DNA from: Ruditapes philippinarum
Lineage: Eukaryota
Assembly (NCBI RefSeq): GCF_026571515.1
Contig: NW_026858021.1
Span: forward strand, 248,001-312,000
DNA: 64,000 bases
Direction: 5' to 3'
In this document: piece after piece, positions 51,854 through 64,000 of the stretch
Position numbering within the stretch: the stretch's first letter is position 1
Layout: every line of letters starts with the position of its first letter
Position numbers and translations under genes: made by a program
The notes under the pieces: generated by a model
What the model was told of the DNA's origin: nothing
Database searches by the model: none
Seen by the model: the letters and a program-made list of their open reading frames with translations, nothing else

Positions 51854-54355
51854 CACACCCCTCTCTCGGAAAATAAATTGAAAATAAGACTCAACATTAA
51901 ACTTAAAGCCAACGACATAAATAAATAACAAAACTTCTTTCAGGAAAAGGGCAAAATAAGTGTGCTCGACAGAAGTCGTAAACTTAAGTCTTAACTACAG
52001 AATTATATCGGACATAAATCCTAATCATACACTACGTGCGTCGGTAAATTGCATATGTAACCATATCAAATGATCAAATGAATGAGATTAATTGCCGCAC
52101 GTCAGATGAAAGTGGTATTTATGGGGAGAGACGCGCAAAGAATCAAATTTATTAGCCGGATTTCTATGCACTGCAGGTTAAGTTATAATCACAATGCGAT
52201 GTGTCTAACTGTATGTAAGAAGTTTAATGTATACCACTGTTTTGTCTGTAATTAAACCTCACCACATAATTTGGTTATACTTGAATCATTTTGTTGCATT
52301 GGTCAATCGGTCGGTTTGTCCGTAGCCAACATCAGCTATAAAAATCTCAAACCCCTTGAAGGCATTTCTTCAAGCCCAGCTCACATTTTTGCACAAACAA
52401 TGTTGCGTGATGATACCTATGCCTAAAGGTGAAGGTCATTCGTAAAAGTCAAAAGCCATACAATGTTGTCTCTGCTCTAAAAATCATATACTATTTGAAA
52501 GATTTTCTTCAACTGTACCCAAATATTTACCTTAATAGACTGTTGTGCAGACCAAAGGTCTAGGTCACCCTTCGTGTCCGCTTAATAAATCCAATTATCC
52601 GTAAAGATTTTATTTACACTTGGTTCCAATGTTTACTCCAACAAGACGATATGCAGAAATGTTGTTTCAATTTTTCAGACATAAAAAGTAAAGTCCTTAA
52701 AGGTCAAACTCTGAACATTTTAAAGTCTTTAAACAATGTTAAATACACTACATACTATCCCGTGCCATAGAAATCAGGTGGGTTATTCGTAACTTCCGTG
52801 GCAACTCTAGTTATGGTTCTTACACGGTAAAACAACAAATTAACCATAAAATCCCTTTTCTAATGTAATATTGTGGGTCTGACGCTTTATGTAGTTTATA
52901 TGATTGCGTGTCATTGATTTCATTAAATTATCGAAGACATTTTAATCTGTATTAATGATCCATCAGACACGAATTTGTGTTAGTTGCTAATGACATCTAT
53001 ACAAAGTTGAATATAGACAACTAGAGAATGAACGGTATTCGAAAGGAAGTTGCTGCAATTACGTTTCTTCACCACACCATAAATCTTTAACTGGAAAAAA
53101 ATTCAGTTCTTATTTGTAATATCAACGAGAAATACCATTTCAGGACTAATATCCCTAACATTTGTTACACCATTTTGTGATACTGCCACTCTTTGAATAG
53201 ATTCACAACCCATCTCAGTTTTGAATTAGTGTTTATTGTAAATCTGAAATATTAAACACAATTTGTTTTAGCTTGTTTTTTTTCCCGAACTTAATTCAGT
53301 AATAAATTCTAATATTTATAAAGGTTACCTTATTTCGAAAAACACGATGACGGTCAGGACTAATATTTTATACCTTAACAAAAACGAAATTTGTTCATTT
53401 CACCCCCCCCCCCCCCAAAAAAAAAAAAGAAAACGAAAAACAAAAAAAAACCCCAAAAAACAAAGAAAATAGAGAAAAACACATAATCCAAAAAACGGCA
53501 AAAATAGAAAATGTTGCACACTCGGTTTAATTGAGCCTTTTCATAGACAGTACTGGAAAATGCAAGCTACTGTTCATGTCCCCGCAATAAACTGTATTCT
53601 TTATTATTGCATTGACTCACACTCTCTGATGTGTGTTAATCCGAATAATATTCTGTGTGCGTCAATTAAATAAAACCTTACCAAGTAAAGGCAATTAATT
53701 GCACGACAAATTGGATTGGCATTTATGAGAAGAGACACAGCTGTGAATAAACTAGTCAAGTTATACTACTGGTAGGCAAATTGTCTAAATAAAATGTAAA
53801 AACTGTAATACTTGTGCAAATGAGCATATGCAACATTTGCGAATGTTTCAAAAATCAAAATGTAACCAGTTCATGATTAATGTTGAGTTCTGCTTAATCC
53901 GGTTCTAGGGAGCGTGGACAATAGCGTATCAAATAGATCCTGCAACATTTTCAGTTTTGCTGTGTTGAGTTTTCTTTAAGAATACTATTTTTTCTCTATT
54001 TTAATTGTATGTTTACAAAACATGCAATGCAATTATATTTATAGCATTTTTTATTAACCTTTACTAATTTGTTGAATATAATTCCTATCTGAATATGGTT
54101 AAAAAGTATTCTACAATGGACTATATTTTCAGCAATACAGTACGTTTTTTCACATTGGATTTATGGTCATCAAAGTATAAAGTGCTGAAAACCAGCTATT
54201 GTGATCACCCTATGTCCGGTCGTTAACATCCTTACTTAAACACAATCTAAACACCGGAGCAGCTTAAAATAGAATAAAAAACTCTAAATGACATTTCTAT
54301 CTCAATCACTTGAACTGGAGGAAAGATTCTAAGGTGGGCAATTTCTAAATTCATT

Positions 54356-55291
54356 TATTGTGTCGCCTCTACGGAGTAGTGGCGACATATAGGGATCACT
54401 TCTCCGTCGTCTGTCTGTCCGTCTGTCCGTCCGTCCGTCACAAAACTTGTCCGGACTACTCCTCATAAACTACTGGTGCAATTTCATCCAAACTTTACAG
54501 AAATGATCAGTACCAAGTCTAGTTGTGCATATTGTCAGCATTTTCCGGTTCAATGATTTTTGTCAGAGTTATGGCCCTTTAATAATTTTTAATTTTAAAG
54601 TTTGTCCGGACTACTCCTCTTATACCACTAATGCAATTTCAATGAAACTTTACAGGATTGATCTGTAGCTCAAGTCCTTACGCATATTGCAAGGGTTTTT
54701 CGGTGGAATGATTTTTGGTCGAGTTATGGCCCTTTAATAAAAAGGTTTCTTTTTCTGTGTGTTGCCAGATACACAAAAGCTTGTCCGGACTACTCCTCAT
54801 AAACTACAGGTGCAATTTCATCCAAACTTTACAGGAATGATCAGTACCAAGTCTAGTTGTGCATATTGTCAGCATTTTCCGGTTCAATGATTTTTGTTTG
54901 CGTTATGGCCCTTTAATAATTTTTTTTTTTAAAGTTTGTCCGGACTACTTCTCTTATACCACTAATGCAATTTCAATGCAACTTTACAGGATTGATCTGT
55001 AGCTCAAGTCCTTGCGCATATTGCACGGGTTTTCCGGTTCAATGATTTTTGGCTGAGTTATGACCCTTTGATAAAAAGGTGTTTGTTTTCTGTGTGTTGC
55101 CAGATACGCAAAAGCTTGTCCGGACTACTCCTCATAAACTACTGGTGCAATTTTATCCAAACTTTACAGGAATGATCAGTACCAAGTCTACTTGTGCACT
55201 GTCCGTCTGTCTGTCCGTCTGTCACAAAATTTGTCCCAACATGAAATTGGCCATCATGAGGCGACACATGTGATTACTGATCGCTCTTGTT
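54356..55291 (+). mobile_element. Helentron-associated non-autonomous element (HINE/pearl-like) with alternating 155/179-180 bp core repeats
   Basis: Subterminal IRs TGTGTCGCCTC (54359) / GAGGCGACACA (55258), GTCC/GTCT microsatellite, core repeats at 54447, 54602, 54781, 54936, 55116, short 3' hairpin, T-rich ends. Confidence 0.85.
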
Positions 55292-56290
55292 TAAATTGTT
55301 TCGGCTTTGCTAAAAAAGATGACAATCAGAGCTATTGATAGAACAACAATAAAACGACACCCCTCATCCACATGGTAGATTTTGATAAAACTGTACAGTA
55401 ATGGTCATAAGGCAGTGTTTAACTTAAATCGCTGAAGTGGTCTGTTGGACAAGATTGCCACCAGAGCTAAAATACTACTTATCTTAAAAAGTAATCTATT
55501 CAGTCGCGTAAGTCATGTAAGATTTGTGTCCAGATTTTTGGATGAAATGATTATCATGTGTATATTTACTTGAATTTCTAAAAGTGTTCCGGTTTTCTCA
55601 CAAAAAAACTTGCTACCAAAGCTATATGTATGAAATGTATTGAACGACATAGCTTCTTCAAAGAGAAAGTCTGGATATTTTTCGTAACTTGTACACACGT
55701 ATGTACACTTTACGACAAATATCTCTTACGCTTTGCTGACATTCCCCCGGTCGTAATAACGCTTGAACGGACACATGAACTGTAACTTATTTGACATCAA
55801 ATGATCGACATAACAAATTTTATCTTTTTTATTACTCATAAGTAAATTGAAATACGCATGTACTCAACTTTAAGAATGACGTTAAGTTATTTCTGTGTAT
55901 AGACATGTATGTGTAATTCTGTGTATAGTTTATTCATGTATGTGCATAGACTGTCCAAGTATATGTATTGCCTGTCTATGTATGTGTATAGCCTCTCCAT
56001 ATATGTTTATATGTATACATGTATGTGTATGTTATGTGTAGGCTCTGGATGTATATATTTCTCTTCATGTTTGTCCAAGAATGTATATTTCTTTATATAT
56101 TCTGTCCATGTCTGTGCATTTTGTCCAAGTGATTTCTGTGTAAAGTATGTCCATGTATGTTTAATTTTGCGTAAAACTTTCTATGTATTTGTACAGTGTG
56201 TTCGTGTATATGTATTTCTGTGTATAAACTGCTCATTTATGTGTACTGTCTGTCCATGAATGTGTATTGTCTGTCCGCATATGTGTAAAA

Positions 56291-56487
56291 TAACAAGAAT
56301 AAAGATCAACAAGGCAAAGGCAACGTTCACAGGACGCTGCCCCCGGACACACCCAAGTAGGACACCCAGAAGGCACCAAACAAAAACCTGGATTGGACAC
56401 AAGGGCGAAAAGAGTGGGACATGTAATGTGAAAAAATATAATTAACGGGCCCATAAGGGAATTAAAGGGATAAGGGCTGTATGGGTG
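56291..56487 (-). mobile_element. Short interspersed element, subfamily B, full length (197 bp)
   Basis: Reverse-complement homolog of 3919-4109 with both ends at equivalent nucleotides. Flanked by AAAA on both sides. Confidence 0.85.
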
Positions 56488-56856
56488 AAAAGTAAGTCTG
56501 TCAATATTTGTGTATAGTCTGTCCATATTTGTGTATAGTCTGTCCATAATTGTGTATAATCTGTCCATGTTGTGTAAAGTCTGTCAGTGTGTTTGTATGT
56601 ATGTCCATGTTTGTGTATAGTCTGTCAATATTTGTGTGTAGTCTGTCCATGTTTGTGTATTGTCTGTCCATGTTTGTGTATGTCTGTCCATGTTTATGTA
56701 AAGTGTGTCAATGTTTGTGTATAGTCTGTCCATGTTTGTGTATGTATGTCCATGTTTGTGTATAGTGTGTCCATGTTTGTGTATGTCTGTCAATGTTTGT
56801 GTATAGTCTGTCCATGTTTGTGTATGTCTGTCAATGTGTGTGTATAGTCTGTCAGT

Positions 56857-57862
56857 TTTTATGCCCCCACAATGTGGGAGCATATAGCGTTGCACTTGTC
56901 CGTCCGTCCGTCCGTCAGTCCGTCCGTCAGTCCGTCCGTACGTCCCGAAATCTTGTGAACGCAACTCCTCTTAAACCGGATGGCAGATTTTGCTTAAACT
57001 TACAGGGATGAACAACCTTAATGTGTAGATGGCAGTAAAGGAAGGAATTTTTGCTGCGACCAAATTTAACAGAATTATGGCCCTTTGTTGATTTTTTCAC
57101 TAGATACTATGTAGAAATTTTGTGAACGCAACTCCTCTTAAACCGGATGGCAGATTTTGCCTAAACTTACAGGGATGAACAACCTTAATGTGTATATGGT
57201 AGTAAAGGAAGGAATTTTTGCTGCGACCAAATTTAACAGAATTATGGCCCTTTGTTGATTTTTTCACTATATACTATGTAGAAATTTTGTGAACGCAACT
57301 CCTCTTAAACCGGATGGCAGATTTTGCTTAAACTTCCAGGGATGAACAACCTGAATGTGTAGATGGTAGTAAAGGAAGGAATTTTTGCTGCGACCAAATT
57401 TTACAGAATTATGGTCCTTTGTTGATTTTTTCACTATATACTATGTAGAAATTTTGTGATCGCAACTCCTCTTAAACCGGACGGCAGATTTTGCTTAAAC
57501 TTCCAGGGATGAACAACCTTAATGTGTAGATGGCAGTTAAGGAAGGAATTTTTGCTGTAACCAAATTTAACAGAATTATGGCCCTTTGTTGATTTTTTCA
57601 TTATATACTATGTAGAAATTTTGTGAACGCAACTCCTCTTAAACCGGATGGCAGGTTTTGCTTAGACTTCCAGGGATTAACAACCTTAATGTGTAGATGG
57701 TAGTAAAGGAAGGAATTTTTGCCGCGACCAAATTTAACAGAATTATGGCCCTTTGTTGATTTTTAGTTTTCAACTTGTGGCACATGTAGTCCAAAAAATA
57801 TTTGACATTGACAGAACAGTGGCGTGTGGGGGCATCCGTGTCCTATGGACACATTTCTAGTT
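56857..57862 (+). mobile_element. Helentron-associated non-autonomous element (HINE/pearl-like) with five 167-bp core repeats
   Basis: Subterminal IRs ATGCCCCCAC (56861) / GTGGGGGCAT (57826), (GTCC)n, repeats at 56955, 57122, 57289, 57456, 57623, 3' hairpin GTGTCC-TAT-GGACAC then ATTTCTAG-TT. Confidence 0.9.
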
Positions 57863-58295
57863 GTATATAGTCTGTCCATGTTTGTGTATGTATGTCCATG
57901 TTTGTGTGTAGTCTGTTCATGTTTGTGTATGTCTGTCCATGTTTGTGTATAATATGCCCATGTTTGTCAATATTTGTTTGTGTATAGTCTGTCCATGTTT
58001 GTGTATTGTTTGTCAATGTTTGTGTATGTGTGTCCATGTTTGTTTATGTCTGTCCAGTTTTGTGTATGTATGTGTACATGTTTGTGTATGCCTGTCCATG
58101 TTTGTGTTTAGTCTGTCCATGTATGTGTATTGTGTGTTCATGTATGTACATTTCTGTGTTCAGAATGTCCATGTATTTGTATTTCCGATTAGTATTTTCT
58201 GCTTTTGCATTCAGTCTGTATGTATCATTTGTACGTTATTGTCCGTTTAGTCTTTGTTAGTACTGTTCAGTCATTAAGTATAATCAGTCTGTGTA

Positions 58296-58371
58296 TGGAG
58301 TAGCGGGGGATCGAACTCGCGACCCCTTGATTCTTAGACAGTAGGTGTTACCACTGCACTACAGCGCCCGC
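58296..58371 (-). pseudogene. tRNA-like sequence (SINE head or tRNA pseudogene)
   Basis: Minus strand has A box TAGTGCAGTGG and B box GAGTTCGATCC at tRNA spacing, but acceptor, anticodon and T stems do not pair. Confidence 0.6.
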
Positions 58372-60439
58372 TCTGATTTATTATGGCTCATCTTGAGGCA
58401 TGTAGCTTTAAACAACTCTCCAAATCGCACAAGCTTCATGTTGGTTTAATGCGATTTGAATAATTTGTAAATAAACAAAACCATTTAACTTCTGTAAATA
58501 TTCTAAGTTTGTAGATGTGTCAGAATGTTATCTAAATATTTGATTACTTTTTAAATATGTCTTATTATTTTTATTTATTCGGATGTTTTTGAAATTATTA
58601 AAACCAGACTCGTGTTTGAAGAGGCTCTTCAAATGTTTCAGAAAAGCGGAATATTTCCTGAGATAACTGTTCTCAAAACACGATAAAAATACAATCAATA
58701 AAACTATTGGCATGTTATTGAAAAGATTCTGTTATGTATGGTGATGTTGTATATTGATTTTGGATTCAATAAGAAACTGCAATGCCACTTAGTATCGAAT
58801 GTTATGCAAAACTCCAGCCTGATTTCTTGAAGGCGTCAGGATGCCAATCGATAAGTAATAAATTTCTTGAAACACATATCATTTCTTTCGTTTTATAAAA
58901 AACATGTTACAAATAATCATTTATGTGCGCCCAATAATTATTTTGTTTTTGTTTCAATGTGCAAATACATGTTAGAAATTAAATGATATATCCGCAGGAG
59001 TACCTCCCACGATCAGTTCAGCTGTATTGTTGGGAATTGGATCATAATATCCAGTCGATCCTAATTTCATTACAAAGGAAATGATTCTGTGTGTTTAAGC
59101 GAGTGTGTAATGCCTATCAAAAGTAAGTGAACAAGGGAAAATCAAAATAAGTTTCTATTTTGCCAGAATATCTTTTAATTTTAAAATTTACTTCACAAAA
59201 AACGGTAAATAACTCTCATGATTCAATGAAATTTCTGTAAATATCCATATGTATTTACTTGTAACGTTTAAGTTTTATTCAATTTTATCCTGATCATTTT
59301 TCAAAACATCCAACTATTGCTCAGCAGTTTACATCATGAAGGAATTAATTATCTATTTATTGACCTTGCAGACAATTCAACTTTGTCATGGTTGGATCAA
59401 AATTAATCAATATAGAAAAAGTTCAACTACATCATAAAAGAAAAAAAAGTTATTTTATTATTTTTCTAATAATTTCATTTTTTTATTGAAATGTTTCAAT
59501 GGCGATTGCAAGCTAAAATATTGATTAGAAAATCATATAATAGTGCCTTAGTAATAAAGATGTGATTTGACAATTTGAAGCGTCGGGATGCGTGCTATAG
59601 ATTTTGACTTTGATTAATGTAAGTATATTTTAACGTGTGTGAACATTTTCAATTAAATAAACATCGCTCGGAACGAAACATGTAATAATTTATTTTATTT
59701 GGTGGCACAAGAAGCTCATTCTCCTAACATTAATATGCATATTGTGGCATAATAATCAAGAAAGTTACGTTATAAAAATTTTCAAATAAATCATTGCATA
59801 ACAAAATTATTTAGTGTCAGTTTGTACATTTAAGTTAATTTTTGTTTAAGCAACGAATTTGTAATGTTTTAAAAATAACGCCGATTGTGAATTTGTTAAC
59901 ATCAAGTATGGCAGAAATTTACATATTAATGAAATATGGAACATAATAACTCACACAAATGTTGGAAGAACTAAATTTCACATTGCATTTTGAAATAAAT
60001 TAAGGGATTCAAATGTCCGAATTTAACTCACTTTCTTAGAACTGTTCCACTAAAATCATTAGTTGTATGTTGTATAAAAGTAATAAAACGTGTTATAATT
60101 ATATTTCTGTTTACAATGATATTTGAACATTTACTTACTGTGACTTTAGCTGTTACCAGGAAGCGGCTCGATGTTGGTGGGACGGGGGCAGGGTTTTCTG
60201 AAATGTGTCACAATAAATTAATCTAAAATGAGCTTGCTCAATCAAACACATTTTGTGACTTCCCCTGTCCAAAAATCTTCAAAAAATGTTTGCTTATTTT
60301 AATTCGGATAAAACACATTTGCTTAAATCATCAGGTAGGATTTACACCTTGTGCACTTTTTCATATTTTATTTATATGAAGAGAGAAATATGAATATTAA
60401 ATATCTATTTAGAGACAAATTCAGGAAATTAAATTATTG

Positions 60440-60585
60440 TAACGGTTGAGCACAGATCTAGCGCAATACCTTATGACAAAAACGCCTGGGAATAGAATCT
60501 TTGGTCTGGCTAAATGGACTTGAGAGCTTTATTTTCTTTGTGAGCGGAGGGTCGCGAGTTCGAATTTTAGCTGCGACGTATTTGC
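60440..60585 (+). mobile_element. Decayed, interrupted tRNA-derived SINE head
   Basis: ggttgagcacagatcta ... gggtcgcgagttcgaat B-box. Confidence 0.35.
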
Positions 60586-61112
60586 ATCTTTCTATCACGC
60601 ACTAAAACTGTTAGAAAATAGTTATGATTTTGCTATTACAAATTTACTGATATAATTATGTTACAGTATGATTTATTGTAAATTACTTGTGCTATTTTTG
60701 CGGTATTGTGAATTAAGTGTGTTTTTACATAGTAAATCAAATATAATTAACTGATGTACCATGTGTGAGATTTGTGTCAGTTAAGACTATAAATATGTAG
60801 TTAATCAACATTTTTTATGAAATTTTACGCCCATACGATACAATTAAATCTTAATAACCGCCAATTATGAAGATGAAATTGGAGCAATATTTCACTGAAA
60901 AATATTGTTAAAAATTAATGAAATTTATAGTTAGGCTAATAATTAGCTTGAGATCAATAAATAAATATTATTTTTACTAGTATATTCATTGCAATTTTTG
61001 TCCTTGTAAATCATGTTGATTTAATTTCATTTATACCAACCATTTTGTTCTGCAGATAACCAAAAAAGGCTTAGTTTTTGTCCAATCTTTTAGTTATGAG
61101 TTGTTAAATAAA

Positions 61113-61234
61113 CGCCTTGCCTTTTACGCAGTCTAGTTTTTGTTTGGTGTCCTGCTGGGCTTCTTGCAGATGGTCCTGGGTAACTGCGTCTTGGGGTTGC
61201 CTGCATTGCACTTGTTGATCTTGTTTTTCATATT
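61113..61234 (+). mobile_element. Short interspersed element, subfamily A, independent insertion
   Basis: ttttgtttggtgtcctgctgggcttcttgc..tggtcctggg...ttgttgatcttgtttttcatat. Flanks are unrelated to the array copies. Confidence 0.75.
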
Positions 61235-61774
61235 TCATAGAAAAATATAAAAATTCACCCCTTAAGCATTGGAAATTGAATTGCTACTAACGTCAACAAA
61301 ATGGTTTTTTACAAATGATATTGTAGGTTGTTTTTGTCAGTTTTAATTCATACTAGCGCACTGTAACGGAACATGATTATTATTTATTCCAAAGGGTAAA
61401 TTGCACAATTTGTAAAAAGCAAATTTCTTTTTGTTATCAAAGATTACACCTCAATTGTGCGTTTAATAAATGGAATCTTTAAAGCTTTGCTAAATGATGC
61501 ATTGTACATTTGCATTTGCATTAGGAATCTCAATTGCTATGTATGTGTTTAAGTTTGGTGTTTCATAATTTATTCCCAGACGCAGTAATATTCCATTTAT
61601 GTGTTATTTTTTTCATCGAGCCTTTTATGCCAGTAATTATAGGAAGGTCTTTACCTAGACCACACATAATAATGTGCATTTAAATTAGAAACGAATCTCG
61701 CGTCATACACCCACTCGTCTGATATTCAGTGCATCAACGACGTCCAGGCTGTGATAATATTTTATGCAATAGAA

Positions 61775-61980
61775 TTTGTTTTGTTTGGTTTTACGGCGCA
61801 CGAACACAATTTAGTCATGACGCCGAAACAAAAAACTTGACAATGGCTTATCTCGCGTGTTTCAAACGGTAATGAACTCGAGAGGTTAAAACCCACCTCA
61901 TCTGTTAGAGCTAAGAAATAAATAGACTCCTCAGTAATTCGAACCCATTTAATCGCCTCTTACGATCACGCAATTCTAAA
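61775..61980 (-). mobile_element. Decayed SINE (Meta-domain-like) with (CAAA)n tail
   Basis: Minus strand tcgtaagaggcgattaaa resembles the TCGTAAGAGGCGACTAA block I recall from invertebrate SINE central domains. The tail is shared with 45653-45720. Confidence 0.5.
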
Positions 61981-64000
61981 CGTTGGCTGGTAAGAAATCA
62001 TTTTATACTATCTTATACAGCTTTTCTTCACGTTAGCTTTCTACGATTGAGCAACAACCCTATGACACTTCTGGTTCGATTCTTATTTATTGATTCTAAA
62101 GATTCTTCCGAAAGCTATCTAAACATTTGACAATTGTTCAATTGTGTTTTATTATGTTTCATGTGGATGTTTTCCAAAACATTAAAAGAGTTTCGATTGT
62201 GAAATGGCACTAAAAATGACACTTAGAACATAAACGCGGAAATAATGATGTCTCAGATAATAGATCTTTATCAAATATGAAAATATCACCAATAAAGCTG
62301 CTTGCATGTTACTTAAAGAGTCCTTATATCACTGTGAAACATTGATTTTAGATTCAATATGATATGCGTAGCAATGCAATTTGATATCATTAAAGAAAAA
62401 CGAAAAAATCTTCAAAAAAAAAAAAATACGTCCAAAGTATATTATTTCATGTTAAAAATTATTTATATCGATTCATAAACATTTTATGTAATCGTAAATA
62501 TTTGTTTTGTTCAACAAGCAAACTCCTTTTTCTAGAAAGGCAGCGATTGTTTTCTGTGATTCGTACAGTAAGGTAACCTGACAAAGTCACTGTGAGTGAA
62601 AAGATATGTAAAATGCAGAAAACGTTTTGAATAATTTAATTGAAAGTGAATTTGTCTATATAATGGAAGGTCCGTTCTACAATTATAACCTTGAAAGTAT
62701 AAAGTTATTCGACATAATAACATACCACGAATAACTGTATGTGGAAGTCGTTGGCAAGTGTAAGATACATGATCCGATATTACATATATTTATAAAGCAG
62801 ATAATAATTTTGTTCTAGAACAAAATATAATAGGTCATATTATAAATATTCATTTTAAGCCACTTGGAACTACATGTGTATCAACATTTTTTTTCAGACA
62901 ACTTCTTATAAGAATATCCAAATGATACATTTCTATCCACTTTTATTAAGACCTTTACGTCAGTGATCTTCTTTTTATTGACATCAATCTTTAAATGTTA
63001 ATATCACGTTGCTACAAGCATGATTTCTATCAGGTTTCTTTATATTTCGCCATATCCTGAAATATGGCATTACAAGTATTAATGTTACAGATATTTAAAG
63101 GTCTATTATGTCCCGCAACATGCATTTGTTTTATTCTTAAACACTTTTTGTTTTTGGTTTACTTTAAATCTATAGGTCACAAAACTGTACTCATTGGCCA
63201 ATAGTTGAACCAGGTTTTCTTCAGTTGCTTTTTGGAAATAAGTACAGTACTGTGATGTGAAAACTGCTACTTTGTTTACATTAACTACTATAATGCCAAA
63301 GTTTTTTACATTTAGCTTTAAATAACAAGCCTTTAAACATGCTCTAAACTATTATTCAAGCATTATAATATTCATGGTTTTTCTTTCTAAAGAAGACACA
63401 ATATTCGTTTTCTGATGTATAATGTGCCTTTAAAGGAAATTAAAATATTGCAGTTTGAATAAACTGAACACAACTGAATATACTTATAAGAACAATGATC
63501 TAATTCCAATTAAAACACAGCTGCAAGTGCTTGTATTTTGTCAATGTACCAATTGAGTGACCCTCCCACCATTCTTCCTGACCAAAACAAGCAACGGAAT
63601 TAAGTTAATACATCAATATATAGAATATGTAAGAAAAGTATCTTCTTTAAATTTATAAAAATTTGAATTGATCATTTTTGATGAGTCACCATTTTTTTTT
63701 GAGACTGTATTATTGATTCTTTTTTCTTTGCGCGATAAATGCATGTACATTTCACCATATCAATAGAATAAATATCGTACAGATTGTTTTTGTGTTTCAG
63801 CATTTCAAGCTCATCGTAATAAAACAAAGAAAATAAATGGTTTTGCACAGGAGATCATTACCAATAATACATAAATGAATAGTTCCCTAACAATAAATCT
63901 GTATTCGGTGCAGTTGGGAAATTACAAAGTTCGTTTTTGTGGATAAAGAGTTATGTAAACTTAAAAAATCATGCTCAGTATTTGTTATTTCCCCAGAGCA

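Larger units (their letters stand above)
49762..52930 (+). repeat. ~1.09 kb direct repeats (49762-50855 and 51853-52930) flanking a ~1 kb insertion
   Basis: Both start acacacccct.tctcggaaaataaattg and end ...tatatgatt...ttgattt..attaaatt. The central ~380 bp is nearly identical. Confidence 0.93.
55890..58200 (+). repeat. 20/21-bp minisatellite (ATAGTCTGTCCATGTTTGTGT / ATGTCTGTCCATGTTTGTGT), degenerate at edges, interrupted by two insertions
   Basis: Tandem periodicity at 56495-56855 and 57863-58140. It produces the MDRLYTN 7-aa pseudo-ORFs. Confidence 0.9.

Noticed and set aside
49762-52930. LTR retrotransposon or TRIM
   Set aside because: No TG..CA ends, PBS, PPT or outer TSD seen, and the internal peptide is not Gag/Pol-like.
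56233-58260. Repetitive ORFs (MDRLYTN, TQTWTDY, GRTD)
   Set aside because: These are translations of the 20/21-bp minisatellite and GTCC microsatellite, with frequent frame changes.
58296-58371. Functional tRNA gene
   Set aside because: Promoter boxes are present but the cloverleaf stems do not pair.

Overview
AT-rich eukaryotic scaffold DNA (roughly 30% GC by eye, not computed) with two assembly gaps. The repeat types (GTCC-microsatellite Helentron-associated elements with 155-180 bp core repeats, tRNA/CORE-type SINEs, a Penelope-like RT remnant) point to an invertebrate, most plausibly a bivalve mollusc; this is inference. I find no intact protein-coding gene: the listed ORFs are chance, antisense to decayed transposon ORFs, or read through minisatellites or N-gaps. 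Positions 1-6.7 kb are a diverged tandem duplication. About 7.2-45.3 kb is a rearranged tandem array of 3-4 segmental duplicates full of old LINE and hAT fossils. About 45-64 kb is a mosaic of younger nested elements. The paralogous copies provide empty versus filled sites, so several events can be read directly: (1) a ~190-200 bp element family (about 10 copies/fragments) with no Pol III boxes, TIRs or poly(A) but a conserved 3' stem-loop; (2) a ~1 kb Penelope-like RT/structured-RNA/tRNA-like composite flanked by a ~1.1 kb direct duplication; (3) a new 53-bp hairpin made by inverted duplication; (4) a 29-bp minisatellite expanded from a single monomer; (5) a 1.2 kb inversion with an adjoining deletion. 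Family names come from motif recognition only; no database search was run.
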